Positions 1-9,736 of a stretch of DNA of 64,000 bases are shown here, piece by piece. How positions within the stretch are numbered: the stretch's first letter is position 1; each line of letters opens with the position of its first letter. This stretch comes from Dehalococcoidia bacterium (GTDB lineage Bacteria > Chloroflexota > Dehalococcoidia > Bin125): NCBI GenBank assembly GCA_965243125.1, contig OZ251529.1:1346492-1410491 (forward strand), given 5' to 3'. A program made the translations under genes and the position numbers. The notes beneath the pieces were generated by a model that saw nothing but the letters and a program-made list of their open reading frames with translations, did no database searches and was not told the DNA's origin.

Positions 1-2
1 TC

Positions 3-524
3 AACGGCGTCGGCGGCATCGGCGCCGAAACCGCCCGCCTCTGCGCCGCCTTCGGCGCTCGCGTCATCGGCGTCGACCCGCGCCCCGAACACGACGCGCC
101 CGCCGAGCTCATTCCGCCCACCCAGCTCGACGCGCGCCTGCCCGAAGCCGACTTCGTCGTCACCACCGTCCCCCACACGCCCGAAACGGAGTTCATGTGG
201 AACGCCGCCCGCTTCCGCGCAATGAAGCCCACCGCCTGCTTCATCAACATCGGGCGCGGCCTGACCGCGCGGCTCGACGACCTCGTCGCCGCCCTGGAGC
301 AAGGCGAAATCGCCGGCGCGGCCCTCGATGTCTTCGAGCAGGAGCCGCTGCCGGAGAACCACCCGCTCTGGCACATGGAAAATGTTCTCATCACCCCCCA
401 CATCGCCGTTGCCGACGCCGCCGACCTCCCCGCGCGCCGCTACGAGCTCATCCTCGAAAACGCCCGCCGACTGCTGGACGGCCGCGAGTTCCTGAACGTC
501 GTCGACAAGCGCAAGTGGTACTAG
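3..524 (+). CDS. D-2-hydroxyacid dehydrogenase family protein, 5'-truncated by window edge
   Basis: Frame open from nt 3: NGVGGIGAETARL (Rossmann GxGxIG), then FINIGRG, AALDVFEQEPLP and ITPHIA motifs. Confidence 0.9.
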   Translation, partial: NGVGGIGAETARLCAAFGARVIGVDPRPEHDAPAELIPPTQLDARLPEADFVVTTVPHTPETEFMWNAARFRAMKPTACFINIGRGLTARLDDLVAALEQGEIAGAALDVFEQEPLPENHPLWHMENVLITPHIAVADAADLPARRYELILENARRLLDGREFLNVVDKRKWY

Positions 525-554
525 CCGAAGCGCCGCGCGCGGCGTTCCCGCCGC

Positions 555-914
555 TCAGTCGACGAACGTCGCCAAAAGACCGGTGATCTCCTCAACGTCG
601 TTGAGAGCGGTGGCGACGGTCCCCTCGGGCATGTATCCCTCGTAGAAGTTCTGGTGCAGCGCACTGGCCGAGCGGAAGAGGATCTGGACCCGGTCGTCGC
701 CCAATTCCTCCGCCAGCCGGTTGATGACATCATACAGATGCCCGTGCGTGCTGTTCCGCCAACCGCGCGTTTCCGCGACCGCCTTGACCATCCGCGACGT
801 CGCACCCCAGCCCTTCTCCGACGCCTGTAGGAGGTCGCCCTCCCTGAGAGAGGCGTGAGCATGCGCGAGGAACGTGTTCGCAGTCTCAACGTGGTAGCTG
901 GCGCGGGTCGTCAT
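555..914 (-). CDS. PaREP1-family (HEPN-like) protein
   Basis: GDLLQASEKGWGA and ALHQNFYEG motifs typical of PaREP1; 119 aa. Confidence 0.8.
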   Translation of the reverse strand: MTTRASYHVETANTFLAHAHASLREGDLLQASEKGWGATSRMVKAVAETRGWRNSTHGHLYDVINRLAEELGDDRVQILFRSASALHQNFYEGYMPEGTVATALNDVEEITGLLATFVD

Positions 915-1025
915 GCCATCATCCTATCCCAACCGCCTGCGGCCCATCGCTGCCGCAGGCGAGGGCGTGCTCTAGTCTGGCGGCTGCGCCCAAGGTTGCG
1001 CAGAGATGCTCAGGGAGGATGACCT

Positions 1026-1820
1026 ATGGCCGTGATGCCCAACACGCTGCGAGAGAAGCTCGACGCCGGCAAACCCACGATCGGCACCCACTTCCTCTTC
1101 AACGACCCCGACATCCCCGAAATCATCGGCGACGCCGGCGTCTTCGACTACGCCGAATACGTGGCGGAGTACTCAACGTTCGACATGCGCCTGCTCTACC
1201 ACCTCGCCCGCGCCGGGCAGTGCGGCAACCTGCCGCTGATGATCAAGCTCGACCAGGCCAACGAGACCTTCTGGGCCCAGGCCGCCCTCGGCGCAGGCTT
1301 CAAAGCCGTCCTCTTCACCGACATCCGCACCCCCGACGACGTCGAGCGCATCCACCAGGCCGTCCGCCCCGACAACCCGCAGCGTCAGGGGCGCATGGGC
1401 GTCAAAACCCGCCGCCCCGCCCTCGCCGGCTACCAGGCCGGCGGCTACGCCGAAGACCTCGACTCGATCGTCACCGTGATCATGATCGAAAAGAAAGTCG
1501 CCGTCGACGACATCGACGCCATCCTCGCCAAAGCCCGCGACCTCCGCATCGACATGACCCAATGGGGCCCCAGCGACTTCGGCTTCTCGCTCGGCCGCCC
1601 GGCCGAGCCCGACGAAATCCGCGCCAACGAAGAGCTCGTCATCCAAAAGTCGCTCGAGTACGGCGTCGCCCCCCGCATCGAAATCGGCGCCGTCGAGCAG
1701 GCCCAGCGCTATATCGACATGGGCGTCCGCCACTTCTGCATCGGCTGGGACCGCTTCCTCCTCCAGGCCGGCTACGCCCAACTCGGCCAGGGCCTCCAGT
1801 CCCTCCTTGAAGGCAAGTAA
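1026..1820 (+). CDS. HpcH/HpaI aldolase family protein
   Basis: LREKLDAGKPTIG start, FDYAEYVAEYS, IMIEK, QWGPSDF; GGAGG RBS upstream. Confidence 0.85.
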   Translation: MAVMPNTLREKLDAGKPTIGTHFLFNDPDIPEIIGDAGVFDYAEYVAEYSTFDMRLLYHLARAGQCGNLPLMIKLDQANETFWAQAALGAGFKAVLFTDIRTPDDVERIHQAVRPDNPQRQGRMGVKTRRPALAGYQAGGYAEDLDSIVTVIMIEKKVAVDDIDAILAKARDLRIDMTQWGPSDFGFSLGRPAEPDEIRANEELVIQKSLEYGVAPRIEIGAVEQAQRYIDMGVRHFCIGWDRFLLQAGYAQLGQGLQSLLEGK

Positions 1821-1829
1821 GCCCCCGCA

Positions 1830-3521
1830 ATGCCCGAAACCTGCGATGTCCTCGTCATCGGCGGCGGCCCCGGCGGGAGCACCTGCGCCACCCTGCTCGC
1901 CGACCGCGGCTTCGCCGTCGCGTTGCTCGAACGCGCCGCCTTCCCCCGCGAGCATGTCGGCGAGTCCCTCCTCCCCGCCAGCATCCCCGTGCTCGAACAA
2001 CTCGGCGCGATGCCCGCCATCGAGGCCGCCGGCTTCGTCGCCAAGCGTGGCGCAACCCTCGTCTGGGGCAAAGACCCCGATCCGTGGAGCTGGTACTTCG
2101 CCGACGACCCCGAGCAACGCCCCACCTCGTTCCAGGTCGTCCGCTCCGAGTTCGACAAAATCCTGCTCGACAACGCCCGCGCCCATGGCGTCGATGTGCG
2201 CGAACGCCATCAGGTGATCGACGTCGAATTCGAAACCGAGCACCCGAAGATGGTGCGCTACCTGCACGAAGGCAAAGAGGGCCGAATCGAGCCGCGCTTT
2301 GTAGTCGACGCCAGCGGCCAGGCCGCGCTGCTCAGCCGCAAGCTGCAACTCCAGCAGTGGGACTCTTTCTTCCAAAACCTCGCCGTCTACGGCTACTACC
2401 GCGGCGCAAAACACCTCGAGCCGCCCAACGACGGCAACATCTTCATCGAGTCCTACAAACACGGCTGGCTCTGGAAAATCCCCCTCCACACCGGTGTCAC
2501 CAGCGTCGGCGCCGTAGTCGACAAAGAGATCGGACAGGCCGGCCTGCGCGAGCAGGGCGCAAGCGGCTTCCTCGCCGCGCAGATCGCGCTCGCTCCCCAC
2601 ACCCGCGCGCTGCTGCAGGACGCCCAACTGGTCGGCGAGCCGCAGGTCGAGCGCGACTGGTCCTACCGCTCCTCCTCCTTCGCTGGCGACGGCTACGTAC
2701 TGGTCGGCGACGCCGCCTGCTTCGTCGATCCGCTCTTCTCCTCCGGCGTCCACCTCGCGCTGGGCAGCGCCGCGCTCGCCGCGAGCTACGTCGCCACCGC
2801 GCTCAACGATCCGTCCCACCGCCGCGAGGCGGCCGCCGCCTATCAGGCCGCCTACGAGAAGCAGTACGACTACTTCCACCTCACCGCCCAACTCTTCTAC
2901 GGCACCAACCGCACCGCCGATTCGTACTTCTGGGAGGCGCGCCGCCTCTTCGCGGGCGATCTGGGCGACGCCACACCGCGCGAAGCATTCGTCCGGGTCG
3001 TTGGCGGACAGCCCCCGCACGGCTACGAGCGCGCCGTGATCGAGCACGGCGAACTCCCGCCCGAAATCGCCGAAGAGGTCGAACGGCGCGACCGACGCGT
3101 CCGCGAGCGCCAGACCGCCGCCGAGTCCGCCACCGCCGATCCGGACGCTCTGCTTCGCGCCGCCCCCGCCCTCGCGCCCCGCGTGCGCCTCGCCCAGTCC
3201 CGAAACCTCTCTACCTCGGGCTACAAACAGGCCTTCCGGCTCGTCGTCGAAGGCGGCCAATCCGACGGCTACCCAATCACCGCCGTGATGGCCGCCTGCA
3301 TCGGCAAAATGGACGGGCGCGCGCCGCTGAGCGAGATCATCAACGCGGTCGACGCCGAGCACAACCTGCGCGGCGCAGAGCACCTGACCGAAATCATCCA
3401 ACGCGACCTCCCCACCCTGATCGGCGCAGGGCTGATCGACGTCAACACCCCCGCGGTCGGCCGCAACCAGCCCTGCCCCTGCGGCTCCGGCAAAAAATAC
3501 AAACGTTGCCACGGTGCATAA
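1830..3521 (+). CDS. Flavin-dependent halogenase (CmlS/CrpH-like) with C-terminal winged-helix-like domain and SEC-C motif
   Basis: GGGPGG FAD motif, [12 protein letters not shown], putative catalytic Lys in FVAKRG, WLWKIP (WxWxIP), [23 protein letters not shown]; ends [19 protein letters not shown]. Confidence 0.85.
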   Translation: MPETCDVLVIGGGPGGSTCATLLADRGFAVALLERAAFPREHVGESLLPASIPVLEQLGAMPAIEAAGFVAKRGATLVWGKDPDPWSWYFADDPEQRPTSFQVVRSEFDKILLDNARAHGVDVRERHQVIDVEFETEHPKMVRYLHEGKEGRIEPRFVVDASGQAALLSRKLQLQQWDSFFQNLAVYGYYRGAKHLEPPNDGNIFIESYKHGWLWKIPLHTGVTSVGAVVDKEIGQAGLREQGASGFLAAQIALAPHTRALLQDAQLVGEPQVERDWSYRSSSFAGDGYVLVGDAACFVDPLFSSGVHLALGSAALAASYVATALNDPSHRREAAAAYQAAYEKQYDYFHLTAQLFYGTNRTADSYFWEARRLFAGDLGDATPREAFVRVVGGQPPHGYERAVIEHGELPPEIAEEVERRDRRVRERQTAAESATADPDALLRAAPALAPRVRLAQSRNLSTSGYKQAFRLVVEGGQSDGYPITAVMAACIGKMDGRAPLSEIINAVDAEHNLRGAEHLTEIIQRDLPTLIGAGLIDVNTPAVGRNQPCPCGSGKKYKRCHGA

Positions 3522-3570
3522 AGCGTCATTCTCACCCCGTCTCTCCCGTCATTCCCGCCGCCCACCTATC

Positions 3571-3597
3571 CGTCATTCCCGCCTCCGAGCGGGAATC
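3571..3597 (+). repeat. CGTC-tagged palindromic REP, family B (cgtcattcccgc-N5-gcgggaatc)
   Basis: Hairpin attcccgc/gcgggaat; further copies at 22460, 22668 (inverted) and 35042. Confidence 0.85.
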
Positions 3598-3666
3598 GGC
3601 CCCATCCCACCCCAAACACCCGCCAACCGCTCCCGTCCTTCTCCGTCATACCCGCCGCCCCCTCTC

Positions 3667-3710
3667 CGTCATACCCGCGCTTGCCGCGGGTATCTCGCCG
3701 TGAACAGCAC
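3667..3710 (+). repeat. CGTC-tagged palindromic REP, family A (cgtcatacccgcgcttgccgcgggtatctcg...cagcac)
   Basis: Identical core at 14577, 22347, 26614 and 34976; stem atacccgcg/cgcgggtat. Confidence 0.9.
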
Positions 3711-3872
3711 AGCCTTTGCGTAAGGCCGCTGCGAAACGCAAGCATCAACACAGATCGGTTCCAGCCGAACAGCCGCTCAGCAAGTGCCTCCGCAGGAACG
3801 ACAAGCGGCAAACAGCAGCCCAATGTTCACCAGCCGATAGTGCCATCTAAATCCGCCCGGTACTCTGTCCAC

Positions 3873-4661
3873 ATGCAGGACCGCTACACAGGCGACATCG
3901 GCGACTACGGCAAGTACGGCCTCCTCCGCCAATTCTGCGGCCTGCGTGGCGGTGGCAAACAACTTCGCCTCGGCGTCGTCTGGTATCGGCCCGATCCTGA
4001 GACCGTGAAGTCGGACCCACGCAACGACGGTAAGTTCATCGCGTTCCTGCACTCGGAACAGGCCCCGCGGTTTCGGCCCTGCGATCCCGTGCTGTACGAC
4101 GCGCTGCACAAAATCGTGATGCAGTGCGGCGATCGACGGGTCAAGAAAGTCGAACAGTCCGGCGTGTTGGGCCCCGACGCCGTGTTCTACGACGCCTACG
4201 CCCCCGGCCCCGCACCGAATGCCCGAGGCGAGGCTCGCGCCGTTCCGCGTCGGGCTTGGACGAAGAAAGCCCTGCGCGCAACGGAGAGCTGCGAGATCGT
4301 CTTCCTCGACCCCGACAACGGGCTCGAACCGCCGTCGGCTGCAATCAGGCATAAAGCGGCGGTCAAATACGCCTACCTCGAAGAGGTGACGCCGCTGATC
4401 GAGCGCGGCCAGTCGCTCGTCATCTACCACCACCTCAGTCGCAACGGAACCAACGCCGACCAGATCGCCCGCTGGTTCGACCGGCTACAGCAGGAGTTCA
4501 ACCCTGCCGACATCTTCGCGCTGCGCTATCGGCGTGGCACGGCGCGCGCCTTCTTCGTGCTCGCCCAGGATCGCCACACCCCAATCCTCCGCCAGCGCGC
4601 CGACGCGCTGCTCGCATCCCCCTGGCGCGAGCACTTCGAGCTCCACGAGCCCGCAACCTAA
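3873..4661 (+). CDS. Conserved hypothetical protein, possible RlmJ-like SAM-dependent methyltransferase fold
   Basis: MQDRYTGDIGDYGKYGLLR N-terminus and IVFLDPDNGLE motif; start chosen at ATG 3873; fold is inference. Confidence 0.65.
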   Translation: MQDRYTGDIGDYGKYGLLRQFCGLRGGGKQLRLGVVWYRPDPETVKSDPRNDGKFIAFLHSEQAPRFRPCDPVLYDALHKIVMQCGDRRVKKVEQSGVLGPDAVFYDAYAPGPAPNARGEARAVPRRAWTKKALRATESCEIVFLDPDNGLEPPSAAIRHKAAVKYAYLEEVTPLIERGQSLVIYHHLSRNGTNADQIARWFDRLQQEFNPADIFALRYRRGTARAFFVLAQDRHTPILRQRADALLASPWREHFELHEPAT

Positions 4662-4733
4662 GCCCTCGCCCCGCCCGATCATCGCCGCAACGCGCGCGTG
4701 TTGCGTCTGTCGGGGGGGTGTATGCTTGGGCGC

Positions 4734-5591
4734 ATGAGGACGAGACGACAGTGGGCGCTGATGATGCTGGCCGCGTTCTGCGCGCTGCTGGTCGTGGCCT
4801 GCTCCGACGATCCCCCGGAAGCGTCGGAGCGCGTCGCGCAAGCAGAGCCGCAGCAGACGGCCGAGGCCCAATCCCAGCAGGCCGCGGAACAGCCCGCGCT
4901 GGCGCAGAGCGTCCGGGCGACGCCGATCAGCGGCGATCCGGCCGAGCACTGCGATGGGCTGCCCACGCAGACCATCGTTGTCACTCCCCAGTCGTTCACC
5001 GACGATGAGCGCCTCGTTCGGGTGATCACCTCGCCGTCGAGAGAATGCACCGTCACGCTCACCCTGACGCTCAACGGCGATCCAAATCCGAACACCAGCT
5101 GCACGATCATCTACCAGGGCCCGCTCCCGTCGGTTCTGCAAGCCGATCGCGCTGCCGAGTTGCACGCCGCGGGCGACGAGGGGCGCCCCCCGTCGATTTT
5201 GGGTGCATACGAGGGAGATTGCGACTGGCTGGACACCGATCGCGGCGTCATCATCTCGCGGACGCCTGCGCTCGGCGCCGACGCGCCCGGCTGTCACGGG
5301 ATCGATTCGCTCTCGTTGACGGTCAACGCCGAGACCTTCAACGAACGCGGGCGCGCCGACATCGTCGCGCTGGTGCCGGAGACCCGCTGTTACGTCTTCC
5401 TCACCGCTGTCCAGAACCCCGATCGCGCCGAACCGTTCCAGTTCGGCCCCGACCAGGAGTGCGTCATCTGGCACAGCCGCGCGCCGCAAGGCGACTGCGC
5501 AGGGATCACCTTCTGGAGCGGACGGGGCCGCGGCGGCGTGTGGACGCAGGCTGAGGCGGAGGCTGTGGTCGCCCAGGTGAGCGCCCAATAA
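4734..5591 (+). CDS. Hypothetical lipoprotein with two Cys-rich internal repeats
   Basis: Signal peptide with lipobox LVVAC, Q/A/E-rich linker, 8 Cys in the mature region. Confidence 0.7.
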   Translation: MRTRRQWALMMLAAFCALLVVACSDDPPEASERVAQAEPQQTAEAQSQQAAEQPALAQSVRATPISGDPAEHCDGLPTQTIVVTPQSFTDDERLVRVITSPSRECTVTLTLTLNGDPNPNTSCTIIYQGPLPSVLQADRAAELHAAGDEGRPPSILGAYEGDCDWLDTDRGVIISRTPALGADAPGCHGIDSLSLTVNAETFNERGRADIVALVPETRCYVFLTAVQNPDRAEPFQFGPDQECVIWHSRAPQGDCAGITFWSGRGRGGVWTQAEAEAVVAQVSAQ

Positions 5592-5636
5592 GCGTTCGGT
5601 GAGCGCCCAAACGAGCGCTCAGTGAGCGCTGATTAA
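5576..5636 (+). repeat. Short imperfect direct repeats (gtgagcgc x3, ~22 bp period) containing palindromic gagcgctc
   Basis: ggtgagcgcccaataagcgttc / ggtgagcgcccaaacgagcgctc / agtgagcgctgattaa. Confidence 0.6.
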
Positions 5637-5767
5637 CGCAGCGGCGACATGCTGGTAGGCGCGCATCAACTGTTCCTGCTAGCCTAAGCACTTGGCGGGC
5701 AGCTCGGGCCGTCCGCGTGGGCGTGCCCGATCAGCTCGCGAGCGAGCGAACACAGGAGGACGACTCG

Positions 5768-7642
5768 ATGGAGACCAACTATTGGACGCGGATGCGCAGC
5801 CGCCGAATCTCGCGGCGCACGATGCTCCGGGCCAGCGCCCGCGCAGGCGTCGGCGCAGCCGGTCTGGCGCTGGTCGGCTGCGGCGACGACGATGACGACG
5901 CCGCCCAACAGCCGACCCCCGCGGCGGCCGACACGACCGCTCAGCAGCAGGAGCAGCAGGAAGCTCCCGCCCAGCAACCGCAACAGCAGGACCAACAGCA
6001 GCAGGCCGCCGTCGCCGTGGCCGACGACGCCGAGGTCGACAGCCAGGGCAACACCATCCAGAAGGGCGGCGTCTTCGAGCGCGCCGCCGCCTCCCAGCTC
6101 ACGCTGATCCGCTTCCCCTGGAACAGCGCCGGCAACAACGGCACCATTGACCCCACCGGCTACATGTACAACTGCCTCACCCAGTACGGCGGCGTCTCCC
6201 TCAACGAGCTCGCCAACAACTTCTGGGAGTACACCAGCCCCGAGTGGGAAATCCGCTCCGATGTCGCCGACACCTGGGAAACCCCCGACAACCTCACCTG
6301 GGTCTTCAACATCCGCCCCGACGTGAAGTTCCACGACGGCAAGGACTTCATTGCCGCCCACGCGGCCCACAGCTACGAGGCGATCCGCGATCAGGGCGTC
6401 TCTGGCGGCGGCTCGCCGGCCTACAACCTGGGCAAGGTGATCGACGGCACCGAGGCGATCGACGACCTCTCCTTCCGCCTCAACCTCGGCGAACCGCGCG
6501 GCTTCGTCGGCGCCCTCACCGCCTACGTGCGCATGGGCGACCCCGACACCACCGGCTCCGTGACCGCCCCGGCCAACGGCATCGCCCGCAACGAGGAAGC
6601 CGTGCTGATCGGCACCGGCCCCTGGCGCTTCGACACCGACAGCTACGACCCCAACACCGGTTGGCGGCTCCTGCCCTTCGCCGAGAGCCACATGGGCGCT
6701 CCCAACATGGAGGAGATCAACTACACCATCTTCTCCGACGCCGACGCCATCGGCATCGCCCTCGAAGCAGGCGACATCGACTCCCACAACGGCATCCCCT
6801 TCAACAACCCGGAGACGATCGACCGCCTGATCGCCAGCGACGAGCACTGGGGCTGGGCCGGCACCAGCCTCGGCGGCCAAATCTTCCGCTTCGCGATCGA
6901 CGTCGAGCCCACCACCGACCCCCGCGCACGCCAGGGCGTCTGGCGCTTCGTTGACCAGGAGCGCGTGGTGCGCGACTACTTCGGCCCCTACGACGACGCC
7001 GGGCGGCTCTTCTTCCAGCGCGGCTCGCAGGGCTACATCGAAGACCTCGACCGCCCCAACTACGACCCGGCCGAGGGCAACAAGCTGCTCGACGCCGCAG
7101 GGCTCGGGCCGGGCACCGTGCTGACCGCCAGCACCCTGCCGATCCGCCCCTACGCGCCCGCGCTCGCCCAGCTGCTCCAGGCCGAACTCGCCGAGCGCGA
7201 GATCGAACTCGAACTCGACCCGACCGAGTACAACGTGATGATCGAGAAGCAGCAGGCCGGCGACTTCGGCAACTTCCTGATCGGTTTCGGCAACTGGATC
7301 CGCCCCGAGAGCGCGGCGCTCGCCATGGTCATGCAGGACGCCCTGCACGGCGAGGGCAACGCCAAACGCGGCGGCAACGCCACCAACCCGATCCCCGTCC
7401 GTGAGCGCCCCTACATGGACAACTACTTCGACTGGCTGGACATGATCGCCGATGTCCAGCAGGGCAACCACGACGACAGCGAGACCTACTGGCGCTCGTT
7501 CAACGAACGGTTCCACGAGGTGATGTTCGCTCAGGCGATCGCCCGCCAGCGCGGCGCGGAGTTCTATACCAATCGGGTCCACGTGCCCGATCCGGGGCCG
7601 ACCAGCCCCAACCCGCAAACGATCTGGCTCGAGAACGCGTAG
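5768..7642 (+). CDS. ABC transporter substrate-binding protein, family 5 (Tat lipoprotein)
   Basis: SRRTML Tat motif plus LVGC lipobox, WVFNIRPDVKFHDG, IGTGPWRF; AGGAGG RBS. Confidence 0.85.
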   Translation: METNYWTRMRSRRISRRTMLRASARAGVGAAGLALVGCGDDDDDAAQQPTPAAADTTAQQQEQQEAPAQQPQQQDQQQQAAVAVADDAEVDSQGNTIQKGGVFERAAASQLTLIRFPWNSAGNNGTIDPTGYMYNCLTQYGGVSLNELANNFWEYTSPEWEIRSDVADTWETPDNLTWVFNIRPDVKFHDGKDFIAAHAAHSYEAIRDQGVSGGGSPAYNLGKVIDGTEAIDDLSFRLNLGEPRGFVGALTAYVRMGDPDTTGSVTAPANGIARNEEAVLIGTGPWRFDTDSYDPNTGWRLLPFAESHMGAPNMEEINYTIFSDADAIGIALEAGDIDSHNGIPFNNPETIDRLIASDEHWGWAGTSLGGQIFRFAIDVEPTTDPRARQGVWRFVDQERVVRDYFGPYDDAGRLFFQRGSQGYIEDLDRPNYDPAEGNKLLDAAGLGPGTVLTASTLPIRPYAPALAQLLQAELAEREIELELDPTEYNVMIEKQQAGDFGNFLIGFGNWIRPESAALAMVMQDALHGEGNAKRGGNATNPIPVRERPYMDNYFDWLDMIADVQQGNHDDSETYWRSFNERFHEVMFAQAIARQRGAEFYTNRVHVPDPGPTSPNPQTIWLENA

Positions 7643-7646
7643 CGCC

Positions 7647-7685
7647 GCCGGGGCCGCGCGCCGATCACCGGTGCGCGGCCCCGGC
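7647..7685 (+). terminator. GC-rich stem-loop after SBP gene (mRNA-stabilising or attenuating)
   Basis: gccggggccgcgcgccg...cggtgcgcggccccggc inverted repeat; no U-tract. Confidence 0.55.
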
Positions 7686-7766
7686 CCGCCAGCCTCTCCG
7701 CGCATCACGTCGGGCCACGTCAGCCCACGACAGGCAGTGCCGCGCAGCTAAAGGCGTTGAACGGTC

Positions 7767-8734
<968 letters not shown>

Positions 8735-8735
<1 letters not shown>

Positions 8736-9649
8736 TGAGCAGCGCAACCCCCGCCGGCCAGGTCGAGGCGCCGCAGCTCGGCGATGTCGAGCGCTACCGC
8801 TTCCTCCGCTCCGCCTGGACCGAGTTCCGCGCGATCATGCGCGAGCCGCGCGGCGCGCTCGCCGTCTCCGTCCTGCTCCTGCTCCTCTTCTTCGCCTTCA
8901 TCTTCCCCCTGCTCGACCCCACCGACCCCAACCGCCCCGGCGATGGCCCCAAAAACGGCGACATCAGCTGGGACAACCCGATGGGCACCGACCACCTCTC
9001 GCGCGATCTGCTGGCGCGCAACTCGATCGGCCTCGGTCGCACCATCAAGCACGGCTTCGCCGCCGTCCTCGTCGGCTGGCTGGTCGGCATCGTGATCGGC
9101 TACACCGCCGGCTGGAAAGGAGGCGCAACCGACACCCTGATCATGCGCGGCGTCGATGTCCTGCTCGCCTTCCCCGGCATCATCTTCGCCATCCTGCTGA
9201 TCACCATCCTCGGCTCCGGCATCTTCAGCGTCGCCGTCGCCATCGCCTTCTTCAACATTCCCGGCTCCGCCCGGCTGGCGCGCGCTGGCGTACTGCGCGA
9301 GCGCGAGCGCGACTACGTCCTCGCCGGACGCTGCCTCGGACTCTCCGGCGCGCGCATCCTGCTCCGCCATGTCGCGCCCAACACCTTCGGCGCGTTCACC
9401 GTCCAGGTCCCCCTGGCGATCGTCGCCTCCGTGCTGATTATGGCCGCTCTCAACTTCCTCGGGCTCGGCGCGGAATTGCCCGATCCCACCCTCGGCGCGA
9501 TCATGCAGGAGGGCCGCCCTTTCATGCGCGACGCCCCGCACTTCGTGATCGGCCCCGTCGTGATCCTCGCTCTGATGCTCACCTCCCTCAACTTCCTCAG
9601 CGACGTCCTCACCGAGCGCCTTGACCCCGTCCGCCGCCGCCGCGTCTAG
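8735..9649 (+). CDS. Peptide/nickel ABC transporter permease (DppC/OppC-like)
   Basis: NPMGTDHLSRDLL, DYVLAGRCLG, RHVAPN; overlaps the upstream stop. Confidence 0.9.
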
Positions 9650-9736
9650 CGCCCCCACACGCGCGCTCGGAATTCTGTACATTGCGCGCAAAGGCGGCGG
9701 CCGCGTGCGCGGCCGCAGGATTTCGGAGGCGGCAGT

